Assembly (NCBI GenBank): GCA_003021235.1
Contig: PXQR01000102.1
Span: forward strand, 2,051-66,050
Direction of reading: 5' to 3'
From: Halobacteriales archaeon QH_6_64_20
Lineage (GTDB): Archaea; Halobacteriota; Halobacteria; Halobacteriales; Halococcaceae
DNA length: 64,000 nt
Shown: piece after piece, positions 1-9,646 of the stretch
Position numbering within the stretch: position 1 is the first letter of the stretch
How the letters are laid out: every line of letters begins with the position of its first letter
Position numbers and translations under genes: made by a program
The notes under the pieces: generated by a model
What the model saw: only the letters and a program-made list of their open reading frames with translations
Told to the model about the DNA's origin: nothing
Database searches by the model: none

Positions 1-516
1 CCCTACAACGTAGAACGCTACGAACGAATCCTCGCCCTCGTGAGCGAGTGGTACGGTCGATCCGTCTCGCTTCCCGCCAAGGAGGTCCGCGAGCGGTTCG
101 CCAGGGAAGTCGGGTACGTCACGGCGAAGGTGAGCGCCAACGCCGCGGTCTTCGACGAGGCAGGCCGACCCCTGCTCCAGTTACGCGCGAACGATGGCTT
201 TTGGGGGCTTCCCGGCGGTTTCACCGAACCGAACGAATCGCCGCGCGAGACGGCTGTCCGCGAGACCAAAGAGGAAACCGGCCTCACGGTCGAACCGACG
301 GACCTCGTTGGTATCTACACGCGCAAACCGGGCCAGTACGGCCCGCACTCTACCGTCATCCATCTGCATTCGTGTGTCGTCACCGGTGGCGACCTGGAAG
401 CGTCCCACGAGAGCGAGGCGCTCCGGTATCGCCGGGTCGAGGACGTCACCGAATGGCACAAGAACCATGAACGTTTGGCCCTTGACGCCGCCGACTACTG
501 GACCGACTCGACCTGA
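1..516 (+). CDS. NUDIX hydrolase (5' end outside window)
   Basis: Frame is open from nt 1 (PYNVERYERILALVSEW...), so the tracked start at 40 is probably internal. Nudix box GGFTEPNESPRETAVRETKEETG is present. Confidence 0.85.
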   Translation, partial: PYNVERYERILALVSEWYGRSVSLPAKEVRERFAREVGYVTAKVSANAAVFDEAGRPLLQLRANDGFWGLPGGFTEPNESPRETAVRETKEETGLTVEPTDLVGIYTRKPGQYGPHSTVIHLHSCVVTGGDLEASHESEALRYRRVEDVTEWHKNHERLALDAADYWTDST

Positions 517-536
517 TCACCTCTTGGTCGGCGTCG

Positions 537-767
537 TTACTCGGCCCGATCGGTTTCTCTCCAGTCACATTCCTGGCACTTCCAGCCGGTGACGTACTCG
601 GTGATGTCGGGCATGTACCCGACTTCGAGGACGTCCTCGCCACACCGCGGGCACTCGCGATCGGCGGTCTCGATGGCGTCGGCGTCCATAACGTCCTCGC
701 CTTCGATGATTTCGCCGAGTTTGGTCGGCGTCACCATCCGTCCCTGCACGACGCGGTTTTCGGCCAT
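537..767 (-). CDS. small C4 zinc-ribbon protein (76 aa)
   Basis: ATG at 767 inside tracked ORF 537..1181. Two CxxC pairs (CPRCG ... CQEC). Acidic, with G/C-rich third codon positions. Confidence 0.6.
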   Translation of the reverse strand: MAENRVVQGRMVTPTKLGEIIEGEDVMDADAIETADRECPRCGEDVLEVGYMPDITEYVTGWKCQECDWRETDRAE

Positions 768-882
768 GTCGGCGAGTCCGAGTTCGCCTCCTAAGCCTCT
801 GTCGGGACCTCGGATCGACGACTCCGACCCGTCTCTCGACACTTCGGTTTCCAGTCCGAGTAGCGTATACGCCCGCCCCCGA

Positions 883-1794
883 TCACAGCCAGGGCGCTCG
901 ATCCTCGAAGCGTCCCGGATCGTCGCTTTCGTTCCCGTCGCTCTCGTCGACGGCCACGTCGACACCGTTGTTCGCCGAGTTCCCGTCGTACCCCGTTGCA
1001 CCGCCGCTCGGTTCGGTAGCGCCCGATCGGGACGCCCCGTCCACGCCGATTCCGATCTCGGAGTCCTCGCCCGGATCGAGGGCGAACAAGCCCGTGATGG
1101 CGAGTACCGCGAGGGCGATCGGTGCCTCGCTCGGGACGAGCCCCAGTAGCGACAGCGCGAAGACCCCCAAGGCGACCGCACTGCCGAAGCGGAAGCGATC
1201 GAGCACTACGAACTCCCGTAGCCGAGGCCCGAACCACGCGACGGCGAGCGCGAAGGCGATCCCTGCCCCCGCGGCGGCCGTCGCGCGGGCAACGAGCGCG
1301 CCGTCGAGAGTCATTACGAGTCGCGCGCCGGCCGGATCGACGCTCGCAAGTAGTCCTAATCCGATGATCGCACCCGGTCGGGGTAACAGTTCCCCGACGC
1401 GTGCGCTCGCGGTTTTGGCGGCGACCGCGAGAATCACCAGCGCAGCGAAGCGTTCGAAGATAGCCAGGTCGACGAGGCCGGCGATCGTCGGCGCGAGCGC
1501 CGCTTCGATCGCCGCCAGCGGAACCAGGACGAGACCGATTCCGAGCACGCTCCGGACGTTCTCGCGGGGCGTTCCCTCTAATTCCGCGAGGATCACCGCA
1601 ACCGTTGCACTACCGCCGAAGACCAGTAGGCCGACTTCGAGAACCCCTAACGGTCCCGACAGTGCGCCGGCGAGGACGAGCGCCGGGAAGATGCCGTCCA
1701 CCAACGGCAGACACATTACCGTCGCTAACAGTCGCGTGCCGTCGCCCGCGGCCCGCTCGACGCGGAGGGCGACCGGGTGCTGTGAGTTGCTCAT
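883..1794 (-). CDS. polytopic membrane protein, unknown function
   Basis: 303-aa ORF with several G/A/L-rich hydrophobic helices and an acidic D/G/S-rich C-terminal tail. Family not recognised with certainty. Confidence 0.7.
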   Translation of the reverse strand: MSNSQHPVALRVERAAGDGTRLLATVMCLPLVDGIFPALVLAGALSGPLGVLEVGLLVFGGSATVAVILAELEGTPRENVRSVLGIGLVLVPLAAIEAALAPTIAGLVDLAIFERFAALVILAVAAKTASARVGELLPRPGAIIGLGLLASVDPAGARLVMTLDGALVARATAAAGAGIAFALAVAWFGPRLREFVVLDRFRFGSAVALGVFALSLLGLVPSEAPIALAVLAITGLFALDPGEDSEIGIGVDGASRSGATEPSGGATGYDGNSANNGVDVAVDESDGNESDDPGRFEDRAPWL

Positions 1795-1800
1795 GCCGTG

Positions 1801-2067
1801 CTAACTCGCCCGGCCGTCACCCGTGGCCGACGGGCGATGTGGATCACGATACCCGACACGAGGTCCGTTCGAGACCCCACCGGCAACGGCGGAGCCGAAC
1901 GAACCGAACGGACCGAACCGGATCGAGGGAACGACCCCTACTTCGTGCCAGTCTCGCGCGAGCGTCGCCGGTGTAATCGAAGTGCGCTCATTAAACGGAG
2001 TAAAGCGGGTGCCGGAAGCGGCTACTCGGCCGGCGGTGCGCGCTTCGATCGGACGGGCGACGTCCAT
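1801..2067 (-). CDS. possible small leaderless ORF (88 aa)
   Basis: ATG at 2067 inside tracked ORF 1801..2412. It stops 6 nt before the start of the membrane gene at 1794. A TATA-like box lies 28 nt upstream. Composition is only moderately coding-like. Confidence 0.3.
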   Translation of the reverse strand: MDVARPIEARTAGRVAASGTRFTPFNERTSITPATLARDWHEVGVVPSIRFGPFGSFGSAVAGGVSNGPRVGYRDPHRPSATGDGRAS

Positions 2068-2090
2068 ACTCGACCTATTATGCTCGTAGG

Positions 2091-2100
2091 TATAATAATT
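2091..2100 (-). promoter_or_regulatory. TATA-like box (AATTATTATA on minus strand)
   Basis: AT-rich decamer centred about 28 nt upstream of the ATG at 2067, the spacing expected for a leaderless haloarchaeal transcript. Confidence 0.35.
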
Positions 2101-2224
2101 GTGTGAGATGCGCGGACACGGCGCGGGTATCGCTGTCGGCGGTCGGTACCGATCCGCCATCGCCGTCAGCGGGCGTCGGTCCGTCTCTCGCAACGCTTTT
2201 GGACGATCCTCGCACACCCGTTCT

Positions 2225-3727
2225 ATGGGGAGCGATCCACAGGAGCCGTTTTCGTCGAAACTCAGGGTGCCCGAAGCGCTTACGTTCGACGACGTGTTGC
2301 TCCGGCCGGCCGAAAGCAGAGTCGAACCGGACGAAGCCGACACGAGTACACGCGTTTCGGCGAACGTTTCGCTCACGGTACCGGTGCTCTCGGCGGCCAT
2401 GGACACCGTCACCGAAAGCGAGATGGCGATCGCGATGGCCCGTCAAGGAGGACTAGGGGTACTGCATCGGAGCATGGACGCCGAGGCCATGGTGCGCGAG
2501 ATCGAACGGGTCAAGCGCGCCGACGAGCTGTTCATCCGCCGCGAGGACGTCGTCACCGTCGGACCCGAGCAGACCGTCGGGACCGTCGACGAGACGATGG
2601 AGCGCGCCGGGGTTTCGGGCGCACCGGTCGTCGACGAGGACGATCGTGTCCTGGGTATCATCTCCGGAACCGACATCCGGCCGTATCTCGGCATCGGCGA
2701 GGGCGACCCAGTACGGGAGGCGATGACCGACGAGGTGATCACCGCTCGTGGAGACGTGAGCGCCCGCGAAGCCCTCGAACTCATGTACGATCACAAGATC
2801 GAGCGCGCCCCGATCGTCGACGAGGACGACCGGCTGACGGGCCTGGTGACCATGCAGGGCATTCTCCAGCGCCGCGCGTACGACGACGCCGCCCGCGACG
2901 CCGACGGTTCCTTACGGGCGGGCGTCGCGGTCGGGCCCTTCGAGACCGATCGGGCGCGTGCGGCCGACGAGGCCGGTGCCGATGTCCTATTCATCGACTG
3001 CGCGCACGCCCACAACCTGAACGTGATCGATTCCGCGAGGGAGATCCGCGCGACGGTCGATGCCGACGTGGTCGTCGGCAACGTCGGCACCCGCGAGGCG
3101 GCCGAGGACGTCGTCGACTTCGCCGACGGCCTCAAGGTCGGGATCGGGCCGGGTTCGATCTGCACCACGAGGGTCGTAACCGGCACCGGTATGCCCCAGA
3201 TTACGGCGATAGCGGAGGTCGCCGACGTCGCCGCCCGACACGACGTGCCCGTGATCGCCGACGGCGGAATCCGGTATTCGGGCGACGCGATCAAGGCGAT
3301 CGCCGCCGGCGCGGACGCCGTCATGCTCGGCTCCTATTTCGCGGGCACCGACGAAGCACCTGGGAGAGTCATCACGATGAACGGCAAGCGCTACAAACAG
3401 TACCGGGGCATGGGTTCGGTCGGGGCGATGCGGTCGGGCGGCGGCGAGCGCTACCTGCGCGACGAGGAAAACGGGGAGAACGAGGGCGAGGCGTTCGTCC
3501 CCGAGGGCGTCGAGGCCGCCACGCCGTACAAGGGAAGTCTAGAGAGCGAACTCCACCAGCTCGTCGGCGGCATGAAGGCCGGCATGGGCTACGTCGGTGC
3601 TGGGGAGCTCCCCGAGTTCAAGACCCGTTCCGAACTCGTCCGGGTCTCGTCGGCCGGCCAGCAGGAAGGTCATCCCCACGACGTGGTCATCACCGACGAG
3701 GCACCGAACTACAGCCCGAACGAGTAG
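2225..3727 (+). CDS. guaB: IMP dehydrogenase
   Basis: From ATG 2225 (MGSDPQEPF...) within tracked ORF 2099..3727. LTFDDVLLRP N-terminus, a CBS pair, the catalytic loop GIGPGSICTTR and GGIRYSGD. Confidence 0.95.
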   Translation: MGSDPQEPFSSKLRVPEALTFDDVLLRPAESRVEPDEADTSTRVSANVSLTVPVLSAAMDTVTESEMAIAMARQGGLGVLHRSMDAEAMVREIERVKRADELFIRREDVVTVGPEQTVGTVDETMERAGVSGAPVVDEDDRVLGIISGTDIRPYLGIGEGDPVREAMTDEVITARGDVSAREALELMYDHKIERAPIVDEDDRLTGLVTMQGILQRRAYDDAARDADGSLRAGVAVGPFETDRARAADEAGADVLFIDCAHAHNLNVIDSAREIRATVDADVVVGNVGTREAAEDVVDFADGLKVGIGPGSICTTRVVTGTGMPQITAIAEVADVAARHDVPVIADGGIRYSGDAIKAIAAGADAVMLGSYFAGTDEAPGRVITMNGKRYKQYRGMGSVGAMRSGGGERYLRDEENGENEGEAFVPEGVEAATPYKGSLESELHQLVGGMKAGMGYVGAGELPEFKTRSELVRVSSAGQQEGHPHDVVITDEAPNYSPNE

Positions 3728-3777
3728 CCAGGTCCGTTCGGCTTCCGCCGCGAGCCGCCTCGTTCGGCGGGTGTCGA

Positions 3778-6555
3778 TCAGTTCGCGACGAGCCAGTCGC
3801 CCTCGAGCGCGAAATACCCGATCGCTTCGGTGGTGTGGTTCGTCTCGGAATCGGCACTCCGTTCTTCCTCGACGACGACCTCGATTCCCGTGCGATCGCG
3901 CGCGAGCGAGCGTACCGCGGCCGTATCGTTGCCGTCCGCGGTCTGTGCGTCACAGAGTACGGCCGGCGGCGCGTCGTAGGTCCCCGCGAAGTCGATCGTA
4001 TAGGGCGAATCATCGACGGTATTGGATGTGCGCCCGGCCTCGAACGCGGCTCCGTCTACCGTGCCGGTTCCCCGTTCGACTGCGAGATAGCCGACCGTTT
4101 CGGTGACGTGAGCACCGTTGGCCTCCTCTTCTTGCACCCGACAGTCGAACTCGCTCGTCGAGACCGCCTTCTGACGGGTCACGACCGCCTGTCCGCCGTT
4201 GTGCGTCTGGGCCGCGTTGAAGACGACCGGCCGATCGGCAAAGGACTGATCGAACGGGACGCTTCGGCCGTCGTCGTCGTCGAGTTCCGTGGTGCCGGCT
4301 TCGACCTGTGTACCGTCGGTTAGTTCGTGCGTGCCGGCCTCACACACCACGTACGGAACGGTTTCGGTGGTATGGCTCCCGTCGAGGTACTCCCACTCTT
4401 CGAGTTGGAACTCGAAGCTATTCGACGAGGCGTTCTTGACGCGCGCATGGACCGGTTGGCCGCCGTTGTCGCTCACCGGCCCCATCAGCACCACCGGATC
4501 GGCGTACGACTCCCGTAGCGATACCGTCCGCCACGCGTCCTCGCTCGCCTGATCGAGTGAGAGGGTTCCGGTCTCGCCGATGACGTTCGTCCGGTCGGGA
4601 TAGCCGTACAGCGGGCCGCCAGCTCCGACCGCGAGGTAGCCGATCGCTTCGGTAGTGTGGTTCGTCTCGCTGTCGGCACTCGTCCCCTCCTCGACGCGAA
4701 CTGTCGCGCCGGTCCCGTCGAGCGCCGTCCGCCGGAGCGCCGCCGAGTCGGGACCGTCGGCCGTCTGCGCGGCCGCGAGGAAGACCGGATCGCTCCCCTG
4801 TTGGCGCGCGAATCCGATATCGTAGGGACCGTCGTCGACGGTATCGGGCGTTCGCCCGGCTTCGAAGGCAACGCCGCCGGCCGTTCCGCTTTCCCGCTCG
4901 ATGGCGAGATAGCCGACGGTCTCAGTAGTATGAGCTCCGTTCGCTTCCTGTTCCTGGAGACGACAGTCGAAGCCGTTCGTCGAGACTGCTTTCTGACGGG
5001 TCACGACCGCCTGCCCGCCATTGTGCGTCTGGACCGTACTGAAGACGGCCGGTCGGTCGGCGAACGACTCACTGAACGAGGGGCTTCGACCGTCGTCGTC
5101 GAGTTCCGTGGTGCCGGCCTCGACCTGCGTACCGTCGGCCAGTTCGTGAGTGCCGGCTTCGCACACGAGGTAGCTCACTGCCTCTCTCGTGTGTCCGCCG
5201 TCGAGGTAGTCCCACTCTTCGAGTTGGAGTTCGAAGCTCGTCGCACCGACGTTTCGGAGGCGAGCGTGGACCGGATGACCGCCGTTCTGACTTACTGGCC
5301 CCACGACGACCACCGGATCGACGTAGCTCCCCGTAAGCGTGACTTCGCGCCAGGTTCCTTCGCTGGGTTGGTCGAACGAGAGGGTGCCGACCTCGCCGAA
5401 CGGGGTCGGCGCGCCGGCGAGCGCGCCTTCGACGTCGACGAGTCCGTTCCCGCCCTCGTTCGCGCTCAGTCCGACGTCCTCGGCGGTGTCGCGTAGTCGA
5501 CCTCGCGCGCCGCCGGGATCAGTAAAGTCACCCTGGTTCTCGGCGTTCGGCACGCCGAGCGCCATGAGATGGGCGGCTGCCCCCGCGACGTGCGGACAGG
5601 CCATCGATGTGCCGGATTTCGTCCCGTAGCCGCCGGGGATCGTCGAGTAGATTCCCCTACCCGGCGCGGCGAATTCGACTTCCGAACCGGTCGAGGAAAA
5701 ATCCGCGAGCGAGTCATCCCTCGTGGTGGCGCTCACGGCGATCACCTCCTCGTAGGCTGCGGGGTAGCCCACACAGTTCGTACAGGGACCGCTGTTGCCG
5801 GCAGCTGCGGCCGATAACACCCCGCGATCGTGGGCGTACCCACAGGCGTCTTTCAAGTACTGCGTGCTCGGTCCGCCGACGCTCATGCTCGCAACGTCAT
5901 ATCCCTGGTCAGCAGTCCACCGGAGGCCATCGGCGACGTCGCTCAGATACCCGCTCCCGTTTTCATCTAACACTTTGACCGCGTGCAACGTCTCGCTAAG
6001 ACCCGTCCCGACGACGCCACCGGAGTCGTCGACGGCAGCGACGATGCCCGCACAGTGGGTGCCGTGACCGTTGTCGTCGTCCCACGGCTCGTCGTACGAA
6101 CCATCGGCCTCGACGAAAGCCCTGCCGCGCCCCAGGTTCGCGCGCAGGTCGGGGTGATCGGAGTCGATGCCCGTATCGAGCACCGCGACGTCCGCCCGCG
6201 CCCCAGTGTAGCCCTCTCGGTCTACCCTGTCGGCGTCGATCCGGTCTATCCCCCAGGGGGTCTGCTGGGCGAGCGCGACCGCCTTTCGGTCGCGTTCGAC
6301 GTAACTCACGTCGCTACGCGTCGCGAGCGCGTTCGCGCTCACCGCGGGGTACTCGCCGACGACGAGCCACCCACGTTCCTCCAAGTCGATCGCGTTGTAA
6401 ACCTCGACCGCGCGCTCGGCCGCGCGCTCGGCCGCCGCGCGGGTCCGTGCCCCAACGACCCGGCGCTCGGTCTCCTCCTGAGCGCGCGCCCGTCGAGTGC
6501 CGATTCCCGTCAATCCGGCGGCGAACACACCGACGAACTCCCGCCTGTTAAGCAT
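3778..6555 (-). CDS. Tat-signal subtilisin-like (S8) serine protease with long repeated C-terminal region
   Basis: MLNRREFVGVFAAG twin-arginine signal. Triad motifs VAVLDTGID, HGTHCAG and GTSMACPHVAG. Residues about 386-925 are a tandem duplication. Confidence 0.9.
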   Translation of the reverse strand: MLNRREFVGVFAAGLTGIGTRRARAQEETERRVVGARTRAAAERAAERAVEVYNAIDLEERGWLVVGEYPAVSANALATRSDVSYVERDRKAVALAQQTPWGIDRIDADRVDREGYTGARADVAVLDTGIDSDHPDLRANLGRGRAFVEADGSYDEPWDDDNGHGTHCAGIVAAVDDSGGVVGTGLSETLHAVKVLDENGSGYLSDVADGLRWTADQGYDVASMSVGGPSTQYLKDACGYAHDRGVLSAAAAGNSGPCTNCVGYPAAYEEVIAVSATTRDDSLADFSSTGSEVEFAAPGRGIYSTIPGGYGTKSGTSMACPHVAGAAAHLMALGVPNAENQGDFTDPGGARGRLRDTAEDVGLSANEGGNGLVDVEGALAGAPTPFGEVGTLSFDQPSEGTWREVTLTGSYVDPVVVVGPVSQNGGHPVHARLRNVGATSFELQLEEWDYLDGGHTREAVSYLVCEAGTHELADGTQVEAGTTELDDDGRSPSFSESFADRPAVFSTVQTHNGGQAVVTRQKAVSTNGFDCRLQEQEANGAHTTETVGYLAIERESGTAGGVAFEAGRTPDTVDDGPYDIGFARQQGSDPVFLAAAQTADGPDSAALRRTALDGTGATVRVEEGTSADSETNHTTEAIGYLAVGAGGPLYGYPDRTNVIGETGTLSLDQASEDAWRTVSLRESYADPVVLMGPVSDNGGQPVHARVKNASSNSFEFQLEEWEYLDGSHTTETVPYVVCEAGTHELTDGTQVEAGTTELDDDDGRSVPFDQSFADRPVVFNAAQTHNGGQAVVTRQKAVSTSEFDCRVQEEEANGAHVTETVGYLAVERGTGTVDGAAFEAGRTSNTVDDSPYTIDFAGTYDAPPAVLCDAQTADGNDTAAVRSLARDRTGIEVVVEEERSADSETNHTTEAIGYFALEGDWLVAN
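3781..5400 (-). repeat. intragenic tandem duplication (2 units of about 810 nt) in the protease C-terminal region
   Basis: Residues 386-657 and 658-925 align along their whole length (for example ...PVHAR..N...SFE.QLEEW.YLDG.HT.E... and ...ADSETNHTTEAIGY...). Each unit is itself made of three related modules of about 85-90 aa. Confidence 0.85.
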
Positions 6556-6716
6556 GTCTTACTATCGGCTCGCTACCGGGCATAAAATCACGCGAGCGCG
6601 AGTACGAGGCCGCTAACGGGTCGGCATCAGGCTACTACAGTAGGTTTACCGCGATGGGCTTCGGACCGATGTCTCGGGCCGACGTGTTCGGGCCGGCACC
6701 GCCGAGTCGGCGCTCC

Positions 6717-7487
6717 TCAGCCGATGTAGCGCAGGTTGTCGTCGCTCGGGGCGCTCATTCCCCCACCGCCGCCGCTACCTTCGAGTTCCTGGATCTGTCG
6801 AACGACCTCTTCCATCTCCTCGGCCCGGTCCTCGAGCGACTCGAAGCCCACCGAGAAGCCGAGCGCCTCCTGTAGGACCGAAAGGACGGCTTGTGCGCTC
6901 TTGGGGTCGACGAGATACCCCGACGTCTCGCCCATGAGACACGCGGCGTCGAGTCCGCGCCGATCGCCGAGTCCTAACACGAGTCCCGAGACGCCGACGA
7001 TCCCGCCGGCCGGTTCGTCCTCGCGGAACTCCACTCCCACTTCTTCGAGGTCCTCGACGAGGTCCCCGGAGGTAACCGCCCCGATCACGTCGTGGTCGTC
7101 GACGAGTTCGCCGGTCGGCACGCCGCCGAGCGCGAAGAGCCGGGAAACGCCCGCCGATTCGGCGACGTCGAGCACGGTCTCGGTGAGCCGGTAGTGGCCG
7201 ACCGTGTCCTGGGCCTGGTGGTCGCCCGTGAGCACGAGCAACTCGTTGCCCTCGTCGGGCGTCACGGCGTGAAACTCGAGACAGGCCAACTCCACTCCCT
7301 CGTCGGCGACGCTGACCTGGGGCGGGAAGTACTCCGAATACACCCGTCGCACGAGTTCGCTTTCACATTCCTCGAGCAGGTGTTCGGCGGCGAGCTTGCC
7401 GATGTGACCCACGCCTGGAAGCCCCTCGATCAACACTGGTTCGTCGAGGTCGTACTCCGCGACCGTCTCGATATCGAACTCGTCCAT
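6717..7487 (-). CDS. proteasome assembly chaperone (PAC2) family protein
   Basis: LIEGLPGVGHIGKLAAEHL N-terminal motif and a C-terminal ...DDNLRYIG. It sits at the end of the conserved L44e-S27e-aIF2alpha-Nop10 operon. Confidence 0.8.
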   Translation of the reverse strand: MDEFDIETVAEYDLDEPVLIEGLPGVGHIGKLAAEHLLEECESELVRRVYSEYFPPQVSVADEGVELACLEFHAVTPDEGNELLVLTGDHQAQDTVGHYRLTETVLDVAESAGVSRLFALGGVPTGELVDDHDVIGAVTSGDLVEDLEEVGVEFREDEPAGGIVGVSGLVLGLGDRRGLDAACLMGETSGYLVDPKSAQAVLSVLQEALGFSVGFESLEDRAEEMEEVVRQIQELEGSGGGGGMSAPSDDNLRYIG

Positions 7488-7490
7488 GGG

Positions 7491-7673
7491 CTAGTCCCGA
7501 TCGCGCGACCTAAGAGCACGTCGGTACTCGCCGTACGAATCGGCAGGGTCGAACGGTGCGGGCGCGCTGTTGCTAGCGTCGCCGCCACAGACGGGGCAGG
7601 TAGACCCGAGCGTATAGACCGGCCGGTCGTGTTCGTGCTTCCACGCGCTACAGACCTTGATCGCCGATTTCAT
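7491..7673 (-). CDS. nop10: H/ACA RNP component Nop10
   Basis: 60 aa from ATG 7673 (MKSAIKVCS...CPVCGG...PAPFDPADSYGEYRR), inside tracked ORF 7491..7721. Confidence 0.85.
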   Translation of the reverse strand: MKSAIKVCSAWKHEHDRPVYTLGSTCPVCGGDASNSAPAPFDPADSYGEYRRALRSRDRD

Positions 7674-7826
7674 TCTCGATCGCTCCCGTCGTCCCTCGAA
7701 CCCCCGATCGTCCGCCCTCACTTCTCGTTTCCTCGCCGGTCGTCGGTTTCCAGAACGGCGCTCTCCCGGGGCGGCGCTTTCTTAGAGCGCCCCTCTCGGG
7801 TCCCGTGTTCTCCTGAGTTCGGCGCT

Positions 7827-8627
7827 TTACTCGTCGTCGGACCGTCGCTCACGGTGGAACTCGCCGGTACCGCCGCGCTCCTCGATAAAGGCCGCCGCAC
7901 GGTCGGCGCTCGATTCGAGTTCGGCTTCGGCGGTCTTGTAGTCAGGCGCGTCGACCCGGATCCGGTACTCCGGTGCGCCGACGTACGCGACGTCGAGTTC
8001 GACCCCCTCGGGGACGTCGCCGTTGCCCTCGGCGGCTTCGAGCGCCCCGCGAACGGTATCGACGCCGTCGGTGTCGAAACTCCGGAGGTCGACGTAGCCC
8101 GTGATCGTCACGTAGGGTACCGAGACGTTCTCGCGGGCGGTCTCGACGATCCCCGCGACCTCTTCGCCCTCGAGATCGGCACCTTCGAGGGCGTCCTCAC
8201 CGCGGATCGCCGCGGCCTCGAACCCCTCGTACAGCGAGCCGAACTCCGCGAGCAACTCGTTCGCGATCGCGCCGAACTGCTCGTCGGTGACGTCCTCGCC
8301 GAGCGCAAGCGTCATCCACTTATCGGCCTTCTGTTCGTTCTTCCACTCCTGGATTTTCTCCTTTCGCTGGTGGTCGTTGACGTCTTTTATCGACAGGTCA
8401 ACCTGCCGGGAGTTCTCGTTGACGTCCAAGACCTTACAGACCGCCGTCTGTCCGGGCCGAACGTGATCGCGGACGTTCTTGATCCACCCGGAGGCGACCT
8501 CCGAGATGTGGACGAGGCCGCGTTTGTCCTCGTACTCGTCCAAGTCGACGAACACGCCGAAGTCCGCGATTTCGTCTACTGTGCCGACTACCAGGTCGCC
8601 CGAATCGGGCCAGCCGCTGTATTTCAT
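7827..8627 (-). CDS. eif2a: translation initiation factor aIF-2 alpha subunit
   Basis: S1 domain ([23 protein letters not shown]...[18 protein letters not shown]) followed by the typical helical and alpha-beta domains. Confidence 0.95.
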   Translation of the reverse strand: MKYSGWPDSGDLVVGTVDEIADFGVFVDLDEYEDKRGLVHISEVASGWIKNVRDHVRPGQTAVCKVLDVNENSRQVDLSIKDVNDHQRKEKIQEWKNEQKADKWMTLALGEDVTDEQFGAIANELLAEFGSLYEGFEAAAIRGEDALEGADLEGEEVAGIVETARENVSVPYVTITGYVDLRSFDTDGVDTVRGALEAAEGNGDVPEGVELDVAYVGAPEYRIRVDAPDYKTAEAELESSADRAAAFIEERGGTGEFHRERRSDDE

Positions 8628-8708
8628 GTATCTCCGTTCATCGTTCCGAACTATTAGTTCGTTGTTTGTCGGTTCGTTGGTTCGTTGGTCGATCGGTTCG
8701 CCGGTTCG

Positions 8709-8906
8709 TCAGCCGGTCAGTTGATCCGTTCGCCCGCGGTCCTCGACGGTTTCGACGACCTCGCCCTCGAAGGCGGCTTTGCCGCCGGTCGGACGCGAAA
8801 GCGCCGTCCCACAGACCGCACACGCGACCTGCGTCGAGGCTTTCCCGAAGACGATCTGTTCGTTCTCACAGTCCGGACAGCGTACCCGGTAGAAATTGCC
8901 CGCCAT
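8709..8906 (-). CDS. rps27e: 30S ribosomal protein S27e
   Basis: MAGNFYRVRCPDCENEQIVFGKASTQVACAVCG, a C4 zinc ribbon. Confidence 0.95.
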   Translation of the reverse strand: MAGNFYRVRCPDCENEQIVFGKASTQVACAVCGTALSRPTGGKAAFEGEVVETVEDRGRTDQLTG

Positions 8907-8907
8907 A

Positions 8908-9192
8908 CTACTCCTGGAGGTCGAGTCGGCCGGCGCGCCATCCCTCGCGCAGGTGAGCTTTGCCGCAGTTCGAACACCGGTAGGTGAGGTCGGTCTTCTT
9001 GGTGGGTTTGTCCCCCCCAGGAACCTTCGAGAACTTCCCCGAATTGCCGATCGTCGAGGTCTGGCGCTCGCGCTGGCGGCCCTGGACCTTCGTCATCCCC
9101 GACGCCTGGCGGGTGCGGACCTTCTCGACCTCTATCTCCTGATGGCTATTGCAGTGTGGACAGTGGGTCCTGAATCGTCGTGGCATCTCCAT
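8908..9192 (-). CDS. rpl44e: 50S ribosomal protein L44e
   Basis: [18 protein letters not shown] ... [10 protein letters not shown]. It lies directly upstream of rps27e. Confidence 0.95.
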   Translation of the reverse strand: MEMPRRFRTHCPHCNSHQEIEVEKVRTRQASGMTKVQGRQRERQTSTIGNSGKFSKVPGGDKPTKKTDLTYRCSNCGKAHLREGWRAGRLDLQE

Positions 9193-9367
9193 GGATATCG
9201 ACCTTGGCGAAAGAAACGGGTCCCCGTTGAAACCCGTTTCGTCTCCCGTCGCGGCGACGGAGCGGAACGGACGCCTTCGAGCCCCGGCGAGCTATCGACC
9301 GGCCAGCACCTCTCGGTTCTCAACACGGTCTCGAAGCGTTTAAGCGCCGTTCGGGCGGATTCGATGC

Positions 9368-9634
9368 ATGAAACGGCTCATCATCAAGGGCGATCCCGGG
9401 GTCAGGAAAGGCGGGATCATCGACTACGACGGCGACGAGCAGGTCCTCTTTCAGATAAACCGCAACGGCGAGTGGCACGGTCCGGACCGTATTCAACTGT
9501 GGTGTGTCATCGGGCCCGAGGACGAACGCAAGGACTTCGAGCGCCGTAACTTCATCCCGATGCACTTGGAGGTCGAATCGATCGACGCCGAGGCCGTCGA
9601 CGTGATCCAGCGAAAGGGCAAACCCAGAGCGTAG
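9368..9634 (+). CDS. hypothetical protein (88 aa)
   Basis: Clean ORF with a TATA-like GTTTAAGC about 27 nt upstream of the ATG. No family recognised. Confidence 0.55.
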   Translation: MKRLIIKGDPGVRKGGIIDYDGDEQVLFQINRNGEWHGPDRIQLWCVIGPEDERKDFERRNFIPMHLEVESIDAEAVDVIQRKGKPRA

Positions 9635-9646
9635 CGCCGAGGCGTC

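Noticed and set aside
2099-2224. Upstream extensions of tracked ORFs (guaB from 2099, coxS from 39935, ADH from 34282, methyltransferase from 31516, coxE from 44964, kynU from 55506, hop from 17756)
   Set aside because: The extensions are basic or low-complexity, overlap neighbouring genes, or lack homology to the family N-terminus. In each case an internal ATG or GTG coincides with the conserved protein start.
8640-8708. CGAACC-rich spacer with a small hairpin (cgaac-tatta-gttcg, 8648-8662) inside the ribosomal operon; similar CGAACC strings occur at 1895-1925 and 38915-38950 (including the palindrome cgaaccggttcg)
   Set aside because: These are short, irregularly spaced, low-complexity strings that can arise from composition alone. 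I could not define a consistent unit, so I do not report them as a repeat family.
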